Below the pieces are notes generated by a model. That model did no database searches. It was not told where the DNA came from and was given only the letters and a program-made list of their open reading frames with translations. Source: Eledone cirrhosa (Eukaryota). Taken from it: a stretch of 64,000 nucleotides of DNA. Positions within the stretch are counted from its first letter, which is position 1. The number at the start of each line of letters is the position of its first letter. Made by a program: the position numbers and the translations under genes. The stretch lies in NCBI GenBank assembly GCA_964016885.1, contig OZ024741.1, positions 76,694,001-76,758,000 of the forward strand. The letters run 5' to 3'. Positions 53,731 through 64,000 of the stretch are shown here, in pieces.

Positions 53731-55207
53731 TACCTCTCTCCTGCACCATCTTGTAGGTATAGGACAGAACAAAGGAGAGACACAAAATAATAACAAAGAT
53801 AGTCACTAAGGAGGTTTCACACACACACACACACACCTTAGTGTTCCACCTTGTCATCTTAGAACTTGATGTAGTGATGATATGAATATCCAGTCAAAGC
53901 ATTGTGTCATCGATAGCTGATCATGATCATGGTGATCATCCTCATTGTCTAACATCCATTTCCCTGCTAGCAAGGGTTGGGTGTATCATCACTGAACGTG
54001 TACATTTCATTGTGGCACCAACACAAGGGAAAATGTCATGTCCTTGGCATATCAGAAGAGTCTTCCCAACCTTTTGGCAGGATGTCTATGGCCAGATGCC
54101 CTTCCTATCACCAATCACTCCAGGTTTCACTCAGCATCCTCACATAGCAGTTTGATGTAGGTTCTGTGAGGTTTGCCTACATTGAGATATCCATGTCTTT
54201 GTGTCCACAACAGCATATCACTGACAATTTCATTTTTTGTTCTCTAACTGTGTCCCATGAATCTGGCTGGTCTTTCTAGATAAGTATGAGAGATTGCAGA
54301 TAGATGGCTATAGAGTTGCTTTTGTGTAGGGCACTCCTTCTAGAATATGTTTAAAGCAGCTCTATGCATTCTTGTGTATGTGCTATATAGTATCTTCTCA
54401 AATCATTTAGTGAGTATCCATGTAGTACACTCATACAGCTTGAGCGAATTGCCAATAATATAGACCCCAGAACCCATTATAGTTTCAATTCACTCCCTAA
54501 CATGCCTAATCACAATTGTGACAGTAGAATTAAAAGTGATTGTCCACTAAAGGGTCATTATCTCATTAACTATGTAGTATACAAGTGTAAACTAGTATCT
54601 AAAAATAAAACTCAGGTTTATATAGGTGCTACATACAGCTAACTCTTTGAAAATGTGATTTCACTCTCATTCACACTTTTAGCAAAATTAGCAAAACATA
54701 AAACATCGTTAGCGGAGACAGTAAACCAATGCAAATATAGAAATATTGAATATAAACTGGAATGGAGTATCATAAAGTGAGCCAAACCATATGAAGGAGA
54801 GAGCATGACATATCCACTATGCTCTCATTGAATCCTCCAGGTTATGACCTCCCAAGATTCTTTAGTGAATAAAAAACATGGATAGTTGATATGCTGTAAC
54901 AACAAGGTAAAAAAAATGTTCCTTTCTACAATCCTACTACATAATAACAAAACCTTTTACACTGATAATAATGAACTCTTTGTCACAGCCAGATGGCACA
55001 CATGACACCTTTAATAATTAGCTTAAACTAACAAATAGCTGACTTATGGCTGCATGTTCATTGAGTTGGTTACAGCATGTGCTTGGTGATCTAGGCCTGT
55101 CCAATTTTTGTGGATTTGCATCTACTTTTTAGGATTAACACATATAAACAATTTGTCTGTATGTTTTCTGGAGGAAAAACGGTAAAATTTCTCTCATAAA
55201 CATGTGT

Positions 55208-55861
55208 GAATGAGTATATCTAATTATGTCCAAAGGTACTCATGTATACATGCGCATTTAAAGAAATGAGCACGTGGTTGTCTTTATATATGCATATGTA
55301 CGCATATATATGCCTTGTCTGTCAGAGTATATGTGCCTATATTGGCCATGTGTATCTGGTTTAGATGACGTACACTGTATCCCTATGTCATAAGAAGTGA
55401 CTAAAAGGATTGGTATCAAAAAGTTCCATCCAATCCAAACCATATGGAAAAGTCAAAGTAAAAACCATGATAATGATCATATACATTATTGTAATAATGT
55501 GCATCAATCAATGAGCTGCTTCTATAAATTTGAATATATATCTGGATAGATAGAGATGGATTCACAAACATACGTGTGTCTATATATAAATATATATATG
55601 CACACACACATGGATACACTTACACATTGTTTTATATGCAAAAATATATAAGCTTTAGCTTATTCTTCACTCAGTACCAAATGAGTAAACATCATTGATG
55701 ATGAATAAAAAATCCAGAAACACTAGTTTCTGGCATGCTCACACAGCTACTGAGGTAGCCATGATGTAGTGACAGCTTAAAACACTATATACATAAAAAT
55801 ATACATACATTTTATATTTATATTTATATTTATATACACACACACATTATATATGTATATA

Positions 55862-55935
<74 letters not shown>

Positions 55936-56193
55936 ATAAGGGCGCTGTGGAGTTGCAAATGGGTTACATATGAAAAAAGTTTGTCCTTCATCAGTGATCT
56001 TCCAACCATCATAGGCATTTCATCGCTTTAAAGACCATATACCTCCAGTTGGTGCAAGCAACGGCTAAAAAAAGTCTTTGGGACATGTAAATAAAGGGGA
56101 CGCGAGGGTAAACAAACAAAATGGTGAAGCAACAGAAAGTGAGGAAGAAAGCGACAAGTCCCAGATTTCTATGAATTTAAATTCGGTGAAATA

Positions 56194-56246
<53 letters not shown>

Positions 56247-56681
56247 TATATATATATAATAATGTTGTAGTTTGCTTAACATTGTGTATAATATATAATG
56301 ATATCTTTAAGAAGGCATAGACAATGCGAAATGGACAGAAAAATGAAGGGAACAAAAAAGTTTGTGTTGCCTGGTATTTATTATTATTATCTTTTTTCGT
56401 CCTAATATTTCGAGACTTAAAAATCCCTTCCTCAGTATGGGGAACTCTCGCAGCAAAACATTCCAGTCTTATCGCTTTGAAGTTTAATTTAAATTAAAAA
56501 TTTAGAAACTTCTTTCAAGCGTTGTGTTTTGAATGAGTATATCTAATTATGTGCAAAGGTATACATGTATACATGCATATTTAAAGAAATGAGCACATGG
56601 CTGTCTTTATATATGCATATGTATGCATATATATGCCTTGTCTGTCAGAGTATATGTGCCTATATTGGCCATGTGTATCTG
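55208..56681 (+). repeat. Direct repeat of about 150 bp (55208-55358 and 56531-56681)
   Basis: gaatgagtatatctaattatg...ggccatgtgtatctg occurs twice. Confidence 0.8.
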
Positions 56682-58141
56682 TGAGAAGCAGGAGGATGAT
56701 GTCAATTGCCATATGTATAATCTAATTGAAGCAAATTTCTTGTGTTAATTGCTGTGCTTAGGCTGCATGCGTGTGTGTGTGTGCATGGGAGTGTCTTTTT
56801 ATGTCAAGTATTGTGTGCTGAGTTCCAATCTGTTGTTGATTTATGGATTGAGCCTACATGTAAGCAGTGCTTCCTTTATTCTCAAATTGCCCACATTTCT
56901 CTCTCTGGTTTCAATATTGACTGTGATGTTTTTGTTGGTGTTTTTGCATTTGTCAATGTTTTTTGAATGAGGATGTGTGTGTTGAAGTGTTCTTTAATGC
57001 AAGCGTGGAGTGGTAAAGTCAGACTGCCAGTGCATTTGTCGCATTCAATGTGATATACTACACACCTTTTTGATAGGTATCCTCTCAGTGAAGAGCCGGA
57101 GTGAGCTAATTGTATGTCCAGTCTTTCCTTGTGGATTGCTGTGGTTATCCTTCTGTTGAAGTGTGGTAATTTCATGAAGCAGGTGTTGGAGGAGGTCTTA
57201 TGTCTACGGCGCCTTCGATCCCTAAGACATATATGGTGCATATATATATATATATATATGATAATAAGGGCGCTGCGGAGTTGCAAATGGGTTACATATG
57301 AAAAAAGTTTGTCCTTCATCAGTGATCTTCCAACCATCATAGGCATTTCATCGCTTTAAAGACCATATACCTCCGGTTGGTGCGAGCAACGGCTAAACAA
57401 AGTCGTTGGGACACGTAAATAAAGGGGACGCAGGTGTAAACAAACAAAATGGTGAAGCAACAGAAAGTGAAGAAGAAGGAGACAAGTCCCAAATTTTTAT
57501 GAATTTAAATTCGGTGAAATCGTGAACGAAAGAATAAAGGCCATCAAACCTGGTTGAAATGTGAGCAAGGAAGGAATTTCGCACAGGTCTAACGGGAGGA
57601 AGAAGGAGTCTGGTCTGCGAATTCGGTAAACATAAGTTCTGTGAAATCGTAGACGAGAGAGAGAAAAAATTTCGACCAGCTTGGCCGAGCGTGCGAGAGA
57701 AAAGAATTACACACAGGTCAAACGGGAAGAAAGAGGAGGAGGAGAGGTAGTGACATAGAATGAGTGAGTGAAGGGTGAGTAAGAGGCTAACAGAGAGAGA
57801 GACTGCTAGAAATAGTAAAGATACATAGAACGAAAGAGATGGGTAGCAGCAAAGGAAAAAATATGTGTAAATATGATAATAAGGGCGCTGCGGAGTTGCA
57901 AATGGGTTACATATGAAAAAAGTTTGTCCTTCACCATTAAATTCATAGAAATTTGGGACTTGTCTCCTTCTTCTTCACTTTCTGTTGCTTCACCATTTTG
58001 TTTGTTTACACCTGCGTCCCCTTTATTTACGTGTCCCAACGACTTTTTTTAGCCGTTGCTCGCACCAACTGGAGGTATATGGTCGTTAAAGCGATGAAAT
58101 GCCTATGATGGTTGGAAGATCACTGATGAAGGACAAACTTT

Positions 58142-58150
<9 letters not shown>
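55928..58150 (-). mobile_element. Degenerate Penelope-like element with direct pLTRs (55930-56190, 57257-57520) and an inverted pLTR (57935-58148)
   Basis: Remnant KLPHF, DIQLAHSG, VVYHIECDKC, IKEHFN is homologous to the 27772 GIY-YIG region; copies are bounded by (TA)n. Confidence 0.8.
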
Positions 58151-58171
<21 letters not shown>

Positions 58172-58173
<2 letters not shown>

Positions 58174-59085
58174 GGGAGGGCCCTGTAGAAACAGTAGACA
58201 GCTTCTGCTACCTAGGTGACCGAATTAGCAACGGAGGTGGGTGTTCAGAAAGTACAATAACTAGAGTAAGAACGGGATGGAAGAAGTTTAGGGAACTACT
58301 ACCACTGCTAGCTGCAAAAGGCTTTTCCCTCAGAATGAAAGGCAGACTGTATGATGCGTGTATCCGAACAGCGATGTTGCATGGTAGTGAGACCTGGGCG
58401 CTGAAGGTGGAAGACTTACGTAGATTAGAGAGAAACGAAGCCTGCATGCTCCGATGGATGTGTAACAGTAATATACGTGAACGACAAAACATAAATGAAT
58501 TGAGAGAGAGACTGAGCATAAGAGGAATCAAATGCTGTGTGCAGGTGAGGCGGTTGCGCTGGTATGGACATGTGATGCGTATGAAGGATGACAGCTGCAT
58601 AAAAAGGTGCAGAGCACTAGAAGTTGATGGAAACCGCGGAGTGGGGAGACCCAAGATGACCTGGGATGAGGTGATAAAAGCCGACCTTACCCAATTACAC
58701 CTCTCAAAGACAATGACACACGACCGTGACTTCTGGCGTCACGCAGTAATACAGAGTACCCGACCTCCCATGGGTTCATGCTGAAGCATATAAACAATAT
58801 GCCCCCCCCCCCCCCACCGCAAGGTGGTCGTGGAGGTGCCACGGCAAAAAAGCACCCAGCCCACACTGTAAGGTGGACGTGTAGGCACCACGAAAAAGCA
58901 CCCAGCACTCACTGTAAATGAGGTTGGTGTTAGGAAGGGCATCCAGCTGTAGAAATCAAGCCAGATCAGTTCCTGTATGAGCAAGGCATGGTCAGCCGAC
59001 CAGACACTGCACACAACAGGACAACCTGTCTAACCCATGCTAGCGTGGAAGAACGGACGTAAAATGGTGATGATGATGATGATGA

Positions 59086-59088
<3 letters not shown>
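58172..59088 (+). mobile_element. RTE LINE 3' fragment, sister subfamily
   Basis: MKGRLYDACIRTAMLHGSETW...GRPKMTW; (GAT)n tail; (TA)n on both sides. Confidence 0.88.
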
Positions 59089-59129
<41 letters not shown>

Positions 59130-60831
59130 GTACACACACATATATATATGTGAAGGCGTGTGGCTGAGTGGTTAGAGAATTGGATTCGCAATTGTGAGGT
59201 TGTGAGTTTGATTCCCAGACCAGGCACTGCATTATGTCCTTGAGCAAGACACTTTATTTGATGTTGCTCCTTCTACCTGGAGGTGCGACCGATAGATAGT
59301 ATTAGCAATTGGAAAGAACTATGTCAATATATGTATATATTCTTATATGTACCCATTGTGTGCGTTGTGTAAAAAATATGAGCAAGTATGCATTCATCAC
59401 TTTGCTGTATATGCACTTATATTCACATCTTCTTCATTTATCAGTATCTGCTTTTTTCTCACACTACCACCACTGCTGCTGCTAATATTCACCAAAATAA
59501 CCCCAAATCCACTACCATTATTATATATAATACATATGGCGGTGGATTGGCAGTGTCAGTAGAGGGTCGGAAGCTATGCTTTGATGCATAGAGTTACGGC
59601 CCTTGCCATTCTGAGTTCAAATCCCGCCGAGTTTAACTTTGCCTTTCATCCTTACGGGGTCGATAAAATAAAGTACCAGTAACACACTGGGTAACTTTGC
59701 CTTTCATCCTTACGGGGTCGATAAAATAAAGTACCAGTAACACACTGGGTAATTGCTGGCCTTGTGCCAAAAGTAGAAACAATTATTATCATTGTTATTA
59801 TCAACTATTTTATTCTGTCATGTTTGTGCTGATGTGGTTGTTGTTGGCTTTCACCAATTCAACACCTAAGCCCAGTCAACGTGATTGTTGTTGTTGTGGT
59901 TACTGTCATAGTTGGTGGGGTGGTGATGTTGCTGAGGTGTGGTTTTGTCTGTTGCTGACTACAGACCTTTTCATCTGCATCCCATTGGCCCCCAGCATTC
60001 TATGACTGAGTGCATGTGTCAGTGCATGTGCATAAATGAGTGTATGTGCATATATACATGTGCAGTGTCTATGCTTGTGAGTGAGCACATGCACATGTGT
60101 GCACAGGCAAGGGAGACTCTCTGCGTGCTGTGTGCATGTGTGAATATGCCTGTGTATGCGGTGGTTGGTCTATACGCCATTTGAGATAAGATGCCCTCAG
60201 ATGAGATTCTGATTTTGTTTGATTAACAAGAATGAGGAGCAGATTAGGGCTGGTGTTGTATCATCATCACCATTTAACATCCACTTTTCCACACTAGCAC
60301 AGGTTAAATGAATTGTCCCGTTGTGAGACAAATCAGATCAGGTGACCGTGTCTTGCTCAAACAGGACTGTTTCTGGCTTGGTTTCTATAGCCAGATGCCC
60401 CTCATAACACCAACCACATTTATAGTTTGGACATGGCACTTTTTATCATGGCACCAAAACAACCACTTTACAGTGTTGACTGGGGGCTGGGGTTGGGGGA
60501 GATGCGTGGGGTTGGTGGAGATGCGTGGGGGTTGGGGGAGATACATGGGGATTGGAGTGGTAGATCTAGAGTGGGGCACTTCACTGAGGGAATCTGAGCT
60601 CTATTTTCCTTTCTACATACTAGGACTTTGGTCTTTGCCAGATTGACTTTAAGACCTTTAGATATATAATACAAATATGGATCTTGAGCTACCCATCTGG
60701 GAAACATTCGTAAATGAGCCTAAATGTGGAACCTTGATGTGGAACCTCGTTTTGTTCTTGATGTATACACACTGCTATAGCATATAGGGTGCTAATATTG
60801 GTACCTTCATCAGTAATCCACAAATCTACAT

Positions 60832-60898
<67 letters not shown>

Positions 60899-60902
<4 letters not shown>

Positions 60903-63306
60903 GCCAAAAAGCAGGCTTGGAAAGTATGGCGGGATGGGGGAAGTAGAGAAGACTATCAAGTGGCCAGGAGGGAAGCTAGGAGACAAGTGTACTTAGCAAG
61001 AAGGGAAGCAGAGGAAAGAAAGTTCAAGCATGTTCTACAACGCGATGACCAAAAACGTGAGGTGTTCAGGATTGCTAGGCAATGCGTCAAGGAAAACCGT
61101 GATATTGTCGGGGAGAAGTGTGTACTAAACGACGATGGCACACTTGCCATCACCGACGCTGATAAGAAGGTAGCTTGGAAGTGTCACTATGAAAGGCTAC
61201 TAAATGAGGAGAATAAATGGGAGAAAGACAGTCTCCCCCATATCGACCCAATAGAGGGACCAGCAGTGTTAGTCGAGGGGAGTATAATAAGTAAGGCAAT
61301 CAAGGATATGAAGACGGGTAAGGCGGCTGGGCCTTCGGAAATAGTTGCTGAGATGCTGAAGGTATCTGGCACGGTGGGACACACCATGGTCACCCGCATA
61401 GTTAACCAAGTCGTACAGAATGGGGTTGTTCCGAAGGACTGGCATAGCAGCATCATCGTTAACTGTTATAAGGGTAAAAAAGACGCCCTAGATAGGAGTA
61501 ACTATAGAGGCATTAAATTAATCGACCAGGTCATGAAGGTCACGGAAAAAGTAATAGCGCAACTAATCAGAGAGAGAATTGACCTAGATGAAATGCAGTT
61601 CGGGTTTGTGTCAGGCAAAAGTACCACAGACGCTCTTTTCATTGTACGACAACTACAGGAGAAGTACCTAGCTAAAGGTAAACCCCTCTACTTAGCTTTT
61701 GTCGACTTGGAGAAAGCCTTCGACAGAGTCCCCCGCTCCATTATCTGGTGGGCTCTTAGAAAACTAGGCGTTGACGAATGGCTTGTGAGGGCTATACAAG
61801 CCATGTATAAAGAAACAGTCAGCAAGGTTAGAATTAACAACGAATATAGTGAAGAGTTTAGCGTAAAAGTTGGCGTCCATCAGGGCTCTGTTCTCAGCCC
61901 ACTACTATTTATTATTGCCCTTCAGGCTATAACAGAGGAGTTCAAGACCGGCTGCCCATGGGAACTCCTATACGCAGACGACCTGACACTCATAGCGGAA
62001 TCAATGGCCGAGCTAGAGAAGAAATTCCAAACATGGAAGCACGGCCTAGAGTCAAAAGGACTTAAAATTAACCTGGCTAAGACCAAAGTACTAGTTTTTA
62101 GGAAAGAAAACAAGGCGCCGGTCCCTTCTGGGAAATGGTCGTGCTCGGTGTGTAGGAAAGGCGTAGGTAGAAACTCCGTTTTATGTCCTAAATGCAAAGT
62201 ATGGGTGCATAAAAGATGTAGTGGGATCACAGTTAAGCTAACTAAGAACATAGATTTTACATGTGGCCGGTGCTCTGGTGCAAGTGCCCACAAAATACTA
62301 GCTCTTTCAATTGCGCAGAGGGTTCTATAGAAATAGTGGACAGCTTCCGTTACCTGGGCGATAAAATCAGCAGTGGGGGAGGGTGCTCTGAAAGTACTGT
62401 AGCTAGAGTCAGAACTGGTTGGAAAAAGTTCAGAGAGCTTATACCACTATTAGCTGCTAAAGGGTTCTCCCTAAAAATGAAAGGCAGGTTGTACGATGCC
62501 TGCATACGAACAGCAATGCTGCATGGCAGTGAGACCTGGGCATTGTGTGCAGAGGATATACGCAGACTAGAGAGGAACGAAGCTTGCATGCTCCGCTGGA
62601 TGTGTAACAGTAATATACGTAAACGGCAAAGCATAAACGAACTAAGGAAAAAATTAGAGATAAGAGGGATCAGATGTTGTTTACTCGAGAGAAGGCTACA
62701 TTGGTATGGACACGTGATGCGCATGAAAGTCGATAGCTGTATAACAAAGTGCAGGGCAATAAAGATAGACGGTAGTCACGGAATAGGCAGACCTAGAAAA
62801 ACCTGGGACGAGCTGATAAACTCCGACATCACACACTTACACCTCTCCAAGACAATGTCACTGGACCGAGACCTTTGGCGGTACTCAGTAACAGAGAAGA
62901 CCCGCCTTACCTAAATATATAGTAAAACCTACTCCAGCCAGTAGGCATCTCTAACAAAATACACCCCGTCCCACCACCACCACCCCATCCACACCACCCC
63001 GTTCTATGTAAAGTTATGTTGGTGCCGCGCCATCGAGGCCGAAACAAATGAGATCGTGTAGGTGTCACGACAAAAAAACACACAGTCCACGCTGTAATGT
63101 GGCCGTGTAGGCAACACGGTAAAAACCTCCCAGACCCACACTGTAAATGTGGTTGGTGTTAGGAAGGGCATCCAACTGTAGAAAACCTGCCAGACAGTCC
63201 TATGCGAGCAAGACAATCACTCTTGCCTCAAGTGGGACTACCCCCGTCCAAACCCATGCAAGCGTGGAACACGGACGTTAAACGTTGATGATGATGATGA
63301 TGATGA
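60899..63306 (+). mobile_element. RTE-clade LINE, 5'-truncated; ORF to 62914 with a frameshift near 62280; (GAT)n tail
   Basis: Nearly the same protein as the 36298-38598 copy; starts right after a long (TA)n. Confidence 0.93.
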
Positions 63307-63307
63307 T

Positions 63308-63501
63308 ATAATTATGGATGGTTTTCTGGAGGGGATCAGAAAAAACCCACACTTAAATAAGGTATTAAATATGTTAGTAGAGAAGAAGCATATATATATT
63401 TTATATAGAAATAACTTCTACAGGACTAGAACTGTTACATCCTGATGATTTCACATGAATGAAACAGTTCTAGTCATCTAGAAGTCATCTCTCTCTCTCT
63501 C

Positions 63502-63533
<32 letters not shown>

Positions 63534-63713
63534 TGACTTCTAGATGACTAGAACTGTTTCATTCATGTGAAATCATCAGGATGTAACAGTTCTAGTCCTG
63601 TAGAAGTTATTTCTATATAAAATATATATATGCTTCTTCTCTACTAACATATTGAATATCTTATTTAAGTGTGGGTTTTTTCTGATCCCCTCCAGAAAAC
63701 CATCCATAATTAT
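63308..63713. repeat. Palindrome of about 400 bp centred on (CT)n(TA)n(AG)n, with a hammerhead-like motif in each arm
   Basis: Arms differ at only about 2 positions; CTGATGA at 63442. Confidence 0.92.
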
Positions 63714-64000
63714 ATATACATATATATTGCTGTGAGGAAGAGGAGGTGAAGTCTAATGTTTCTGCTAAAGCCTTTCATTGGAGAAAGATAAAATATTTAC
63801 TGATAGTATTGAATAATGTTTGCTGATAGTGCTGAATAACTATTTATTCCACTTTGTGAGCATTTTGTGAATATCAATGCTACTGATATTAACACAGCCC
63901 CCATACTCACAATCACAACAGTCACCTTTTCAAACACTACCACCACCATCACCATCACTACAACAACAAGTAACATCAGAATTACAGCAATCACTATTTC

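Noticed and set aside
56395-56445. Intact hammerhead CTGAGGA...GAAATATTA on the minus strand
   Set aside because: The core and stem II are present but stem I does not pair, so it is counted only as a weak relic; likewise 2380-2412, 21428-21460 and 60800-60830.
60789-60898. N-terminus of the 513-aa ORF
   Set aside because: Read-through across (TA)n upstream of the 5'-truncated LINE.
62200-62225. HKRC-containing Cys-rich peptide as an extra PKD C1 exon
   Set aside because: It lies in frame inside RTE RT ORFs, has C4HC3 PHD spacing and has no splice signals.

Overview
AT-rich, microsatellite-dense eukaryotic DNA. The repeat content (CORE-like and Nin-like SINEs, abundant RTE) suggests a mollusc, probably a cephalopod; this is inference only. 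The window lies entirely inside one minus-strand gene, a protein kinase D (PRKD). Seven internal exons can be read with GT-AG boundaries and matching phases, encoding C1a, the linker, C1b, the acidic region and the start of the PH domain. The start, stop and kinase domain lie outside the window. The introns hold retroelements: a near-intact Penelope (RT + GIY-YIG), tandem R4/Dong-like RLE LINEs in (TAA)n, several RTE LINEs with a PHD finger inside the RT, a CRE-like fragment and SINEs, plus Helitron, piggyBac, hAT and Tc remnants. The most striking pattern is at least seven distinct families of minimal hammerhead-ribozyme-like motifs. They sit in Penelope-type pseudo-LTRs, are mostly anchored in (TA)n and are often folded back into palindromes. 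They include an ORF-less retrozyme-like unit with hammerheads 1170 nt apart, family-wide non-canonical cores and one apparently circularly permuted motif. All structures were read by eye, and repeat boundaries are approximate.
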